Below, piece by piece: positions 17,874 through 27,731 of a stretch of 64,000 bases of DNA. Below the pieces are notes generated by a model. That model saw only the letters and a program-made list of their open reading frames with translations. It did no database searches and was not told where the DNA came from. Positions within the stretch are counted from its first letter, which is position 1, and every line of letters begins with the position of its first letter. The DNA is from a virus: IMG/VR virus record IMGVR_UViG_3300031758_000006; one strand, given 5' to 3'. The position numbers and the translations under genes are program-made.

Positions 17874-18560
17874 TTATGCTGTCTTAACAAAGACTTTGTA
17901 AAGATCACAAATGGTGAACTGTGTTGTTGCGTCACTTCTTTCAAATGTGAACTGATCCCCAACATATTCAAGTTCCCCTTGGTATATGAAAGTTTTACGT
18001 GTTCCATTTTGTTTGTTTTGTACTTCTGTTTCATCACCATCCTCAGTTGGGGTATCGAACAATAATAACACACTGATTCCACCCATATCTTCAAACTTAC
18101 TTAATGGTACACCTTGGTAGGTAACCTCCAATACATGTTTAAATGGGTATGTTGTAGATCTAATTAACCCAAATCCTTCACCAGAATTACCTAATTTAAT
18201 ATCTTTATTACCAAAATTAACCATCGGTTCGATAATGAAGTTTGTATGTCTTTCAATCTCATCACCATTACAGTCAACTGTTTTTGTTTCATATTGAGTA
18301 ACTTCAACATAACCATCCTCAGTCATTAAATTTTCAATGTCGTCAGTTATTTCTGGATTTCTACTTGAAAACCCAACTGTATCGTCTTGGATTTCATCTT
18401 CAGTCTCATCGTCAATATTTTCCTCTTCTCCGGGTACTGTTGTTGATACAGTGGTTACTTCAGATTGTTCATTTAAATACTGTTTTAAGGAAGCTTTTTT
18501 GTGCATATTAAGGATTCGATCCTTTTCGTCCTCGGTAATTAAAAATAAATTTTTTTTCAT
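17874..18560 (-). CDS. hypothetical putative virion protein (MKKNLFLITEDEKDRILNMH leader)
   Basis: 228-aa acidic ORF with leader. Confidence 0.8.
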   Translation of the reverse strand: MKKNLFLITEDEKDRILNMHKKASLKQYLNEQSEVTTVSTTVPGEEENIDDETEDEIQDDTVGFSSRNPEITDDIENLMTEDGYVEVTQYETKTVDCNGDEIERHTNFIIEPMVNFGNKDIKLGNSGEGFGLIRSTTYPFKHVLEVTYQGVPLSKFEDMGGISVLLLFDTPTEDGDETEVQNKQNGTRKTFIYQGELEYVGDQFTFERSDATTQFTICDLYKVFVKTA

Positions 18561-18580
18561 TTTTTTTTATTTTATTATTT

Positions 18581-18868
18581 TTATTGTTGACGTAATTTAA
18601 TGTTCTTAACGTCCTCAGTTCTAATGTTCTTCAATGAAAGAGTCCCATGTGAGTTTTGGTTAAAATATCCCATACTGTGGAAATAAGTCATCATATAGTA
18701 TAAATAGTCTGGAACTAGAATATTTTCGTCCATAACTTTAATTCCTATATTTTCTGAACTAAATTCTTTTGTTGGTTTACCAACCTCCTTTTCACCACCT
18801 TTTCGTATCAACCAAAAATCAGCTTCAGGAAAGTTTAATTTAATTTCACAAACGTCTTTTAATCTCAT
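18581..18868 (-). CDS. small protein resembling a stand-alone type I R-M specificity (HsdS TRD) fragment
   Basis: MRLKDVCEI...LVPDYLYYMM..GTLSLKNIRTEDVKNIKL pattern. Confidence 0.4.
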   Translation of the reverse strand: MRLKDVCEIKLNFPEADFWLIRKGGEKEVGKPTKEFSSENIGIKVMDENILVPDYLYYMMTYFHSMGYFNQNSHGTLSLKNIRTEDVKNIKLRQQ

Positions 18869-18875
18869 TTTTATT

Positions 18876-19103
18876 TTATTTAGTTAATAACTCATTTGCT
18901 CTAGTAATTGCTAAGTCTTTTGTTTTAAACCCACTCTCAATAGTTTTTTTAGAGTGTATTATATTGTAAACTGTTGATGATATGTCTGGTTTTGAAAACT
19001 TAAACTTTGATTCTTTCTTTGGTTTATAAGTGTCTTTAGCGTAAATGTCATAAAACCCAACTTTACAAATATATCTACCTTTTTGTCCAGATTTTGTTGC
19101 CAT
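18876..19103 (-). CDS. hypothetical basic protein
   Basis: 75-aa ORF in operon. Confidence 0.65.
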   Translation of the reverse strand: MATKSGQKGRYICKVGFYDIYAKDTYKPKKESKFKFSKPDISSTVYNIIHSKKTIESGFKTKDLAITRANELLTK

Positions 19104-19109
19104 ATTAAA

Positions 19110-19625
19110 TTACTTTAAAAACTTTAATTTATATACGGTACTAAATATCAACTCTTGTACTGTATCAATTTGATTTTGGATGAATGAATCCTCACAACAA
19201 GATCTACTATCTTCGATCATATCATTTAATTCCTCAAGATAACCGATAACGTCATTAACTGATGTATAGGTTTCCAATTCAAAGGTTGAGTAGTTTTTTA
19301 ATAATCCATATTTACCTTGATATGATTCAGTCAATCCGTCAACTAAACCACCTATGGAATCATAATAATCCTGTAAAGCTTTGTGTGTAGCGTAAGATCC
19401 GGGACCTTTAACACTTAAATGAAATACATGTGTTTGTATTTGTGAATGAAATAATTTGGAAATCATCTCACAAAAATCATCACTTGTTGCTCCATTATCT
19501 TCGTAATCCATATCAGTATCGTCGTCTTCGTTGTCATCATCGTCCAGGTCCATGTCTTCTTCCTGTTCGTACATTTTTCTTTTCTGAATTTCTTCGTAAA
19601 GTTTTTTAACTAAATCATTATCCAT
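19110..19625 (-). CDS. ferritin/Dps-like protein (DUF5856-like) with acidic N-terminal extension
   Basis: QTHVFHL..SYATHKALQDYYDSI..LVDGLTESYQGKYG..IQNQIDTVQELI. Confidence 0.7.
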   Translation of the reverse strand: MDNDLVKKLYEEIQKRKMYEQEEDMDLDDDDNEDDDTDMDYEDNGATSDDFCEMISKLFHSQIQTHVFHLSVKGPGSYATHKALQDYYDSIGGLVDGLTESYQGKYGLLKNYSTFELETYTSVNDVIGYLEELNDMIEDSRSCCEDSFIQNQIDTVQELIFSTVYKLKFLK

Positions 19626-19667
19626 AATATATAATTTTATTAATAAATACTATGAAATTATCATTTG

Positions 19668-20396
19668 TTATAGGAATTTGATTTCATTTGTTACAGGATC
19701 CCAATCAATGTTCCAAGGTAACTGAGTATAGGAATATCTTTCATTCAAGATAGAAGCATTAAAATGGTGTGTAAATCCGTCAAAATGATATCCATATCCA
19801 CTATGTATATGTCCACAAATATGTATTTTTGGTTTGACAACTTTTATTCTTTCAGTTAATAATTCACAACCCAAATGAACACCTCGATTACCCTCAACAT
19901 CATCTAAAACTCCCCAAGCTGGTCCGTGTGTTATTAATATGTCAATACCTTCTGGTATCATATCCCATTTTGATTTTAATTCTTCACCATTACGTGGAAG
20001 ATTAAACGCCCAGTTATAAAATTCTGGTTGCCATGGACTACCCCAGATTTTAACTTCCGGACCATCACCTTCTTGTATTGACATTGATTCGTCCTGAAGA
20101 TAATCAATATTTTTATAACCGGTTAAAATTCCTTTAGACCATTCTGGATCATTTTCCATAATACGATCGTGATTACCGGATATAAATACTTTGGTGTCAT
20201 AACCTTCCAGTTCGTCCAACCATTTAAAAAATTCTTCAGCTTCCCTTTTATAATAACCAGAGTTCATAAAATCCCCAGCGTGAATTAAAAGATCACCACC
20301 TGGGATTTCCAATAATTCATTACTAGATCTATAAGACTTTGGTGTCTTTATCTGATTGTGTTTTGTGTGGGTATCAGATAATATTGTAATTTTCAT
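19668..20396 (-). CDS. metallophosphoesterase (calcineurin-like, MPPED-type)
   Basis: SDTH, HAGDF, GNHD, THGP, GHIH motifs. Confidence 0.9.
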   Translation of the reverse strand: MKITILSDTHTKHNQIKTPKSYRSSNELLEIPGGDLLIHAGDFMNSGYYKREAEEFFKWLDELEGYDTKVFISGNHDRIMENDPEWSKGILTGYKNIDYLQDESMSIQEGDGPEVKIWGSPWQPEFYNWAFNLPRNGEELKSKWDMIPEGIDILITHGPAWGVLDDVEGNRGVHLGCELLTERIKVVKPKIHICGHIHSGYGYHFDGFTHHFNASILNERYSYTQLPWNIDWDPVTNEIKFL

Positions 20397-20399
20397 AAT

Positions 20400-20540
20400 T
20401 TAATCATTATTTGATTCATCAGTATCTTCTGTATTTTCAGAATTAACGTCTTCATTCTCCTCACCAACAAGGATCTTAACTGGTTCAGGGAAAAACTGGT
20501 TTAGTCCAATACCTAAATTAACTTCAATTATTTTTTTCAT
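20400..20540 (-). CDS. small acidic protein, 46 aa
   Basis: Manually translated MKKIIEVNLGIG...ESNND; TATATTTG at 20545-20552. Confidence 0.55.
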   Translation of the reverse strand: MKKIIEVNLGIGLNQFFPEPVKILVGEENEDVNSENTEDTDESNND

Positions 20541-20564
20541 AATACAAATATATTATATTTTTTT

Positions 20565-21164
20565 TTAATTTAAACTATTTGGTAAAAATAATAACGTTGG
20601 GTTTTTCTTTTGGATATCAATGCTGGGGAATTGTTTTTTAAATTCCGTGACATCAAATCTACCTGTAATAAGATGGTAACCGTTCTTAGTTGGGATTACC
20701 GATTCACATTTTGGTCCTTGGGGTCTTAAATGAGTAATAAACTTAGTGACTTCTTCAACCACATGGTGGTCGGTAACGTCAATATCTATAACCCACCTCT
20801 TTTCTTGTGTTTTGATTTGTCCAACAACAGAATCAAATAGTCCCTGTTGTTTATTTACACCATCTCTAATACGTTCAGCGAGTGTTGATAACATATTTAA
20901 TGATACATCCTTATGGTTTTGTTTTTGGATGTGAATATAAGCCCTTGCTTTAAACATTTCACAAAGTTGTTTGATTTCCTCGTATCGTTTTTCAAGATGT
21001 TCAATACTCCCAATACAATAAGATTTAATTGTTCTTACTGATTGGTGATTATCTCTCTCTCCTTCAGGTTGATCTTTCTTTCTTTTAAACACATAAAGCA
21101 TATAAAAATCTTCAGGATCTGAAAAATTTAATAAAGGTTTTATTAGTTCTATGTTATCAATCAT
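20565..21164 (-). CDS. conserved phage hypothetical protein
   Basis: Start placed at MIDNIELIKP behind a host-type promoter. Confidence 0.75.
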   Translation of the reverse strand: MIDNIELIKPLLNFSDPEDFYMLYVFKRKKDQPEGERDNHQSVRTIKSYCIGSIEHLEKRYEEIKQLCEMFKARAYIHIQKQNHKDVSLNMLSTLAERIRDGVNKQQGLFDSVVGQIKTQEKRWVIDIDVTDHHVVEEVTKFITHLRPQGPKCESVIPTKNGYHLITGRFDVTEFKKQFPSIDIQKKNPTLLFLPNSLN

Positions 21165-21171
21165 AATAAAA

Positions 21172-21203
21172 CAAATATACAAATTTAAATTAAAATAATC
21201 AAA
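21172..21203 (-). promoter_or_regulatory. Bacteroidota sigmaA promoter TTTG-N20-TATATTTG
   Basis: Exact consensus boxes. Confidence 0.7.
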
Positions 21204-21256
21204 CCAGGTTATTTTTATTTGTTCAATATTTATAATAGATTATTGTATTAATTAAT

Positions 21257-22504
21257 ATGAAAAAAATAAATGAGGAGATACCGTATTATAATAAATCAAC
21301 GAATACTGATACACGTAGTGCAAATGAAATTTTAATCGGTAAAATACTGTGGGACGCTAGAAATAAATCCTGGGGTTCTGGTATAATGAAAACAGTGTTT
21401 AATAATTTTTCAGACACAATACCCATTACAACTGCTTTAATTTCATTTGTAAATTCCAACAAAAATTATGATCCAAAAATATTAAAAGCTGCCGTGACAT
21501 TAATTTTTAGGGAAAGTAAGGGGTCGTCAGCTTATATTAACCTAAACTATAAAGAAATACTTGGATATTTCCATAACTTATTTGGTGGGGATCATTCACA
21601 GGGTTACGCACAAATACAACCGTCTGTCGCGAAACAATACGGTGTTGATGTTAACTCTCTTTATACTGTGATTGGTTCGTTAAAAGCAGCTTACACAATG
21701 TTATCAAAAAATTATAACTACGCCAAAAAATTTTATTCAGGACCACAAGTTACAATATTTGATAATGGTAATTTGGTAAAAAAACCAGCTATTGATGGTG
21801 ACGCGGCTTTACATTTAGCTGTCGCAGCTCATAATGGTGGATTAGGATTAATAGGTAAATGGTGTGAGACCAACGTTAAAAATATTGCGAATAAATGTGA
21901 TGTGACTTCTAGAAAACCCTACGATAATTATATAGTAGCTACAACAAATAAGTCTAAAGTTATTCCAAATTATTTCCCAAATAAGGGTGATGGTCCAAGT
22001 ACCACACATACCTATATGCCCCAATTCATAAAATGTTATAATGAATTATCTTTATTACCTGGAGTTTTAAATAAGATATCCTCAAGTAAAACAAAATCAT
22101 CAACAACATCAAACAAACCTAATATGGGTTGGGATGGTTATAAATCTGGGGACCTACGGTACTGGAAGGTTTTATACGCGGTCATAAAAAAGTTAGGTTT
22201 ACCTGTTCAACTAGACTCAAAATCTGGTAATAAACCTGAAAATTCAAAATACTACACTAATGGGTCTTGGGTTATATGGAAAGATAGATCTAAGAATGGT
22301 GGGTATTTCATTTCCAGTGGTAATGGTACTATCAATAAAACCTCTGTAGTTGGAAAAATAACCAGTTATGAGGGGAGATATGTGGGTGAAGATATATCAA
22401 AAACAATAGTAGAACTTAGGGGTGGTAATAAAAAGAAATACACACTATTAGCATTTTTAAAAAGTAAACCTGAAAATCTGGTATATCAAAATACTAAAAA
22501 ATAA
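21257..22504 (+). CDS. lysozyme-like (SLT-type) domain protein
   Basis: LIFRESKG..SQGYAQIQP..AVAAHNGG motifs; TATTTAT at 21227-21233. Confidence 0.55.
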   Translation: MKKINEEIPYYNKSTNTDTRSANEILIGKILWDARNKSWGSGIMKTVFNNFSDTIPITTALISFVNSNKNYDPKILKAAVTLIFRESKGSSAYINLNYKEILGYFHNLFGGDHSQGYAQIQPSVAKQYGVDVNSLYTVIGSLKAAYTMLSKNYNYAKKFYSGPQVTIFDNGNLVKKPAIDGDAALHLAVAAHNGGLGLIGKWCETNVKNIANKCDVTSRKPYDNYIVATTNKSKVIPNYFPNKGDGPSTTHTYMPQFIKCYNELSLLPGVLNKISSSKTKSSTTSNKPNMGWDGYKSGDLRYWKVLYAVIKKLGLPVQLDSKSGNKPENSKYYTNGSWVIWKDRSKNGGYFISSGNGTINKTSVVGKITSYEGRYVGEDISKTIVELRGGNKKKYTLLAFLKSKPENLVYQNTKK

Positions 22505-22508
22505 TTGG

Positions 22509-23186
22509 TTAATTAATTAGTGTGTTATTAAAAGTTACCGAATCAGTTATCACTGAGTCCAGATCTACCGGTCCATCAATACCTTCAACATTTCCTGTAT
22601 GACTATATTGCCAAATAACACATTCGTAGTTATTAAATGATGGTTTCATTCCGTAATCTTTATCAATGTAAATCCACAATTTACAGTCACTAACTTCATC
22701 TTCTAAAATTAATTTGAAGAATACGTACTCAGTGTAAATGATCGGTTTAACCCCATAATGTTCTTCAGCTAATTTTAACCAAATATTGACCTCATCAATG
22801 TTACACTCTTTTAATTCCACGTCTAGTATTGGTGGTAGATCACCCTTTTTAAGTTTTACAGTTTTTTTGAAGTTATTAAACTGTTTCTCACCTGAAACAC
22901 CGGGTGTAAAGAAATGATAAGCTCCTCTTATGGTTCCTTGTCTATTCGATTCTTTCCAGTAGGAATTAAACTTACTGTCAACCCAGGATTCACCCTCGGT
23001 TGCTTTCATTATAACAAAATCATTGTTATCTGAAACTGAATTCCAATTTCTAACCCTATTGTGATGTGATATGTCAATACCTTTCAATTTAAAACTATCG
23101 TTAGTTACCGGTTCTAAATCAACAATATTAGACACACAAGAATAAATTAAAAAAATTGATAGAGAAATTATGATTACTTTTTTCAT
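22509..23186 (-). CDS. GH25 muramidase with lipoprotein signal
   Basis: GIDISHHN, IMKATEG, GAYHFF, PPILDVE, WQYS..G.V.GI.G.VDLD; lipobox-like IYSC. Confidence 0.9.
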   Translation of the reverse strand: MKKVIIISLSIFLIYSCVSNIVDLEPVTNDSFKLKGIDISHHNRVRNWNSVSDNNDFVIMKATEGESWVDSKFNSYWKESNRQGTIRGAYHFFTPGVSGEKQFNNFKKTVKLKKGDLPPILDVELKECNIDEVNIWLKLAEEHYGVKPIIYTEYVFFKLILEDEVSDCKLWIYIDKDYGMKPSFNNYECVIWQYSHTGNVEGIDGPVDLDSVITDSVTFNNTLIN

Positions 23187-23254
23187 GATCTGATTTTTAA
23201 ATTATGTTATCAGATATAAAGTTAATGGTTTTTTTTTAATATCCAATTTTTTGG

Positions 23255-23575
23255 TTAAAAAAATTTAATTTTTTTTACAATCTTGTAGTTATTAAGTTCT
23301 AACCATTTCAAAAATTCAAGTGCGTCCCAATCTTCCGGATTTAACTCCCCAAGAGTTCCGTCCCCAAACTGATCTATAAAACCAGGTAAGTAATCCTGAT
23401 CTATTTCAATACCACCATTTTCAGTTTCCCTTATTTTTACCTTAACCATTTCAATGGCACAGGGTTCACATTGGGTGGCTCTTTTATCACCTTTAAATTC
23501 TTGTTGACAATTAACACACTTACACATGTAATATCCGGGAGCAAATCCCCCCACTGGGTATTTTATTTCTTCCAT
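23255..23575 (-). CDS. hypothetical protein with CxxC pairs
   Basis: GGFAPGYYMCKCVNC..QCEPC. Confidence 0.7.
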   Translation of the reverse strand: MEEIKYPVGGFAPGYYMCKCVNCQQEFKGDKRATQCEPCAIEMVKVKIRETENGGIEIDQDYLPGFIDQFGDGTLGELNPEDWDALEFLKWLELNNYKIVKKIKFF

Positions 23576-23811
23576 TATTCCGGTTTATTTATTAACGATT
23601 GTCGTTTGGATGTTACCATCGATTCGAGTGGCCAAATAACACTGTACTGATAATCTCTCCAATATTTATCTGGAGATTTAGTTCTTAATTGTTTTGCAAA
23701 ATTAATAATTAATTTTTTGGCGGTAAAAGTTTGCTGGTACGTTTCACAAGAGTCAATTACCTTTTCTATCCATTTTACTACGTCTCCGTAGTGAGTACTT
23801 CTTTGTTCCAT
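23575..23811 (-). CDS. hypothetical protein
   Basis: Start reassigned to MEQRST to remove the overlap with the upstream gene. Confidence 0.6.
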   Translation of the reverse strand: MEQRSTHYGDVVKWIEKVIDSCETYQQTFTAKKLIINFAKQLRTKSPDKYWRDYQYSVIWPLESMVTSKRQSLINKPE

Positions 23812-23824
23812 ATTTATATTTTTT

Positions 23825-24205
23825 TTATAAATGTTCAACAAACACACAATTCTCCAATTCGTAAAGATGATTTCCCCTTTTTGATCTAATGTACAAACTA
23901 ATTGTGTGTCCAAATATTTCAAACTTTTTAGGTTCTTCACCTTGATTAACTGGTTTCAAAGGTTTGGTAAGATTAGTGTGTAAACCAAACATTGGTTCAA
24001 CATTTTTAACCTTATCAATCCAAGTGGATATACCGTATTTACTTTGATATCTAAACTCTTTCCCTATAAGTTCTGAAAGGTCAAAACAATAGTTAGTTTC
24101 ATCATCACAAAAAGTAAATGGGTTTTTCTCCCCGGTTAATTCCTCATAATAAGGATTTAATTCCCCGGTGTACGGATCGTGTGTTGGTATTTCATGTTTA
24201 CTCAT
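23825..24205 (-). CDS. hypothetical protein
   Basis: ORF in packed operon. Confidence 0.65.
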   Translation of the reverse strand: MSKHEIPTHDPYTGELNPYYEELTGEKNPFTFCDDETNYCFDLSELIGKEFRYQSKYGISTWIDKVKNVEPMFGLHTNLTKPLKPVNQGEEPKKFEIFGHTISLYIRSKRGNHLYELENCVFVEHL

Positions 24206-24468
24206 TTTTTGTGAATATTCCTGGTTATTTGATTTATTAATCCTTGAGCTTCACCAAAACTGTAGAACCTAATTTCTGGGTCGGTATTGAAGAATTCAAT
24301 GTACCAATTACCGTCTTTAATTTCCTCGTTTGTGGGGGTAATAAATGTTAACCCATCAACAATGTCAAGAACATAGTAATACGTTTCGTCGTCCTCGTGT
24401 TCTTTAACTAGTTCGCTTTTCAATCCAAGTAGGATAATTTCTCTTTCTGTCATATTATTTAGTTTCAA
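24202..24468 (-). CDS. hypothetical protein
   Basis: ORF in packed operon. Confidence 0.65.
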   Translation of the reverse strand: MKLNNMTEREIILLGLKSELVKEHEDDETYYYVLDIVDGLTFITPTNEEIKDGNWYIEFFNTDPEIRFYSFGEAQGLINQITRNIHKK

Positions 24469-24718
24469 TTATTTTATAAGTTCCTTCAACAACCCCATAT
24501 GATGACTCCTCGTGAAACTCATAGGTCTCAGCTACATCATTTGAATCCATCTCCCTGGTTAAATACCAAATTTGGGTTTCCTTCCAGGTTACATTAATCA
24601 ATTTTTTACCCTTGGGTAATTTAATGGTCCCTTCACCACCCCAAGATTTTACTCTTTCATTTTCCGTACATGATGTTAACAACATACCGGAAAGAACAAC
24701 TAAAAATACTTTTTTCAT
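24455..24718 (-). CDS. phage lipoprotein
   Basis: Signal peptide with LTSC lipobox. Confidence 0.75.
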   Translation of the reverse strand: MKKVFLVVLSGMLLTSCTENERVKSWGGEGTIKLPKGKKLINVTWKETQIWYLTREMDSNDVAETYEFHEESSYGVVEGTYKIIETK

Positions 24719-24966
24719 TTTATTAGTTTTACTTTTGTTACGTTACTTTTTTTATTTAACTTATATTTGATTTTAAATTCGTCAGTAAAGGTATAGTTTC
24801 CTTCCGACATATCCAAACAAGACCATTCACACGTTTCGTGATGATAAAAATGAACGTGTAGTTTTTCCAAATGAACACACTTATCGTATGTGACAGTTGA
24901 ATAATTCCAATTAGAACATGATGTTAACACCAATAATCCAATTATTAAAAATTTGTAATAACCCAT
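24715..24966 (-). CDS. putative lipoprotein
   Basis: Hydrophobic N-terminus with LTSC. Confidence 0.6.
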   Translation of the reverse strand: MGYYKFLIIGLLVLTSCSNWNYSTVTYDKCVHLEKLHVHFYHHETCEWSCLDMSEGNYTFTDEFKIKYKLNKKSNVTKVKLIK

Positions 24967-25008
24967 ATCATTTTCGGATTTAAAACAAATTTAGGAATTA
25001 TTTTTTAA

Positions 25009-25230
25009 TTAGACAAGTCTTATAATGATTTTTCCTGGATTTAATGGGTGATCGTAATAATTCATCGAATATTCATCACTCAAATCCCTAACAATTCTTT
25101 TCATTTGTTCGGATATTCCGGTGATCACCTCAACTTCTTTTGTACCGGATTTCATATTTTCATAAATGAACCCATCGAACATACCTTGTACGTCTGAATG
25201 TTTCACTCCGTGTAGATCAAGTATTTTCAT
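25009..25230 (-). CDS. stand-alone Smr domain protein
   Basis: ILDLHGV..VEVITG..NPGKIIIRL. Confidence 0.7.
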   Translation of the reverse strand: MKILDLHGVKHSDVQGMFDGFIYENMKSGTKEVEVITGISEQMKRIVRDLSDEYSMNYYDHPLNPGKIIIRLV

Positions 25231-25700
25231 AAATTATCAAAATAAATATCAAAGAGTTCTTCCCCCCTTTTAATATCCCTAGTAGCGTACCCGGAATTAT
25301 TTATATTTTGATTTTCAATGTTAGGATAACAACTGTTAAAGAATACGTTGTTACAGGTCACGAAATTAACCCCATTAATCATTCTAACAAATATATAGTC
25401 GTTTGTTCCCCTGGTAATAAAATACATCGAGATTAATCGTTTAACGTCATCGTCAAATGAGTTATAATCTTCCACGGGGAGTGCGTAGATCTTTGTTTCC
25501 CCCAACCATAGTGGGAATAACTGTTCACCCTCTTTAATATCTTTAATTGTGTACACACCAATTCCATGAACTGGTGAACACTTTAATTCAGTTTTTAAAT
25601 TATATTTAAGGTGGGTTACTAAATCATCCGATACCACAGGATAATATTCACTATCTAGAATCGGATCTTTAATCAGAAAATCTAATCTTCTTTCGGACAT
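25227..25700 (-). CDS. SET domain protein
   Basis: SPVHGIGVYTIKDIKEGE..NSCYPN..ATRDIKRGEELF.IY. Confidence 0.75.
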   Translation of the reverse strand: MSERRLDFLIKDPILDSEYYPVVSDDLVTHLKYNLKTELKCSPVHGIGVYTIKDIKEGEQLFPLWLGETKIYALPVEDYNSFDDDVKRLISMYFITRGTNDYIFVRMINGVNFVTCNNVFFNSCYPNIENQNINNSGYATRDIKRGEELFDIYFDNL

Positions 25701-25813
25701 ACTATTTTTTTAATTAGGTGGATTGAGATCAGGACAACAAATATAACTAATCCGGATAAGTGTACTATTTCTTCATATGTTATCATAGTTGACTCCTTTG
25801 TTATAAATATAGT

Positions 25814-26119
25814 TTATTCTTTTTTTAAGTAAACGTACTTGTGGTTATAGTTCCCACACTGATCACAATGATCTAACTCAGTGGAGTTATCAACATCATA
25901 CTCATATTCGTCCGTATTGTTAAAAATGATCTCACAAATATCGGTCCAATCCTGGGGGGATAGTTTATGTCGAACTTCAGACAACTTTGATATTACGTTT
26001 GATCTTAGTTCATCAACTAATTCTGGGGATCTATTATCATACTCATGGGTAAATAAGGATTCCCCATCAATTTCAACATCAACCCCAAAACAGTTTTCAC
26101 TTAGTTCTATTTTTTTCAT
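25814..26119 (-). CDS. hypothetical protein
   Basis: ORF with C-terminal CDQC. Confidence 0.65.
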   Translation of the reverse strand: MKKIELSENCFGVDVEIDGESLFTHEYDNRSPELVDELRSNVISKLSEVRHKLSPQDWTDICEIIFNNTDEYEYDVDNSTELDHCDQCGNYNHKYVYLKKE

Positions 26120-26430
26120 AAGCCCAAATTATTTTTAACATTCATTTCCACAATATATCCCATTAGACTATTAACCAAAGTATCAGAGTCAATTTTTTCA
26201 TATTGGTCTGGGTATCTTTCCTGGAGTAATTTATTTTCTTCATACTCCTGACAACTTAATAGAATGTCAGATAACATTGATTTTAATACATGTTCTTTGT
26301 CGTATGAGTCATTAACTTTTGTCTCCATTACTTGTCCTTCAAGTTCTTGGGTATATTCTATTAACTCTTCTACGGGACCTAAATCCATTAAATGTTCGTT
26401 GTCTTTGAATATTTGACTTATACTTCTCAT
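26116..26430 (-). CDS. hypothetical protein
   Basis: ORF coupled to neighbours. Confidence 0.65.
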   Translation of the reverse strand: MRSISQIFKDNEHLMDLGPVEELIEYTQELEGQVMETKVNDSYDKEHVLKSMLSDILLSCQEYEENKLLQERYPDQYEKIDSDTLVNSLMGYIVEMNVKNNLGL

Positions 26431-27005
26431 TCCAAAAATTTTAATATTTTTTCCTTAATCCCTAATTGTTTAATTCCTTCATTTGACTTTGGTGTTAATA
26501 CAAAGTTATCAATAGCCCAATCATCTTTCCATGATTCACCAATTTTACCCATATTCAAATCATCAATAGAAACCCAATGAGTTACTTCAGGGTGATCATG
26601 AAGATATTGTCTAATTTCAATTGTTCGTGTTTGTTCTAAATCCCACCGTGGGGACCAAATAAATAAATTACCATGAACTGTACACGTACCTATGTTTGGT
26701 GTCAATGATATTGGTTTTTTACTTATTCCGTGTAATTCATAGTACTCACCAAGTTCTTCTAGTGTAGCGTGTAGTTTCCAATCTGAGGACACCACAATTT
26801 CAGCACCTGTTTCTTCAAGTATTTCATTAAGAACCTTAACTGACTTAGTGTCAAAATCATCAAAACGAAAAGATACTGGAGCGTCTTTTTTTTCCTTACT
26901 ACTGTCAGGGTTTTCACTACGGTACTTAGCCCATTTCTTTGTTCGTCCACCCCAATTGTTGGAGAGACAAATAACCCCATCGTGATCTAAAAATATTACT
27001 TTCAT
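26427..27005 (-). CDS. HAD-superfamily phosphatase (HAD_SAK_2-like, RNA repair-associated)
   Basis: IFLDHDGV, VVSSDWK, WVSIDD motifs. Confidence 0.8.
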   Translation of the reverse strand: MKVIFLDHDGVICLSNNWGGRTKKWAKYRSENPDSSKEKKDAPVSFRFDDFDTKSVKVLNEILEETGAEIVVSSDWKLHATLEELGEYYELHGISKKPISLTPNIGTCTVHGNLFIWSPRWDLEQTRTIEIRQYLHDHPEVTHWVSIDDLNMGKIGESWKDDWAIDNFVLTPKSNEGIKQLGIKEKILKFLE

Positions 27006-27036
27006 GGTTCAAATATAAGAATTTTAATTTAAAAAG

Positions 27037-27062
27037 AAAACCCCCATTTTAGGTGGGGGTTT
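27037..27062 (-). terminator. CCCCCA/TGGGGG hairpin, dispersed family
   Basis: aaaacccccattttaggtgggggttt. Confidence 0.7.
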
Positions 27063-27068
27063 AACTGG

Positions 27069-27731
27069 TTATAGATGTGACATTAAAATGTCCAAATAAT
27101 AATCAATAATTTCCGGATGTACTTCTTTAACTTCACGGTTAATTAAAATACTCCCACTAAATTTCTCTTCAGACAATAGTTCATGTGTTGACTTGAAGTG
27201 TTCACCAAGGGCGTTGTTATAAACTCTAACCCTCTTTGTGTTTTCCATGTCCTCATCAGTTCCTGTTTTCTTGTCTGGAGCGCCAAAATAAGCGAATGAC
27301 GAGTTTGGTCTCTCAGATAATATCCTTTCAATTTCACTAATCATTATTGATAATATCTTAAGGGTTATCTTCTCGTTAGTTCTATATGAATACTTGTCTC
27401 TATACTCTAACCCCATTGACGCTAATTTACTTTGTCTTGAATGAAACCCAGGTTGGAGTTTTGGGTAGAATGAGATTATGAAGAAATCATATTTATACTC
27501 CTCAATCTCAACAATGTATTTAAATCCGGAATATGTTTTGGGTTCACCATCAACCATTTCAGTTCTTTCAGGTGTAATAAATGTAAATATTTTACCACCA
27601 ACAAAGTTCCCACCATCATCTTTAGTTGGTAGGTTTTGTGCGTACCTCCAATTATAGTCACTTTTAATTTTTTTTGCCCCCTCTTTTGAGAAGGATATCT
27701 CTCTGAGAATTTTTCTAATTACATCCCTCAT
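27069..27731 (-). CDS. hypothetical protein with leader (MRDVIRKILRE)
   Basis: 220-aa ORF. Confidence 0.75.
   Translation of the reverse strand: MRDVIRKILREISFSKEGAKKIKSDYNWRYAQNLPTKDDGGNFVGGKIFTFITPERTEMVDGEPKTYSGFKYIVEIEEYKYDFFIISFYPKLQPGFHSRQSKLASMGLEYRDKYSYRTNEKITLKILSIMISEIERILSERPNSSFAYFGAPDKKTGTDEDMENTKRVRVYNNALGEHFKSTHELLSEEKFSGSILINREVKEVHPEIIDYYLDILMSHL

Noticed and set aside
23812-23940. Long N-terminal extension of 23575..23940 overlapping 23825..24205
   Set aside because: An internal ATG at 23811 removes the overlap and fits operon packing.
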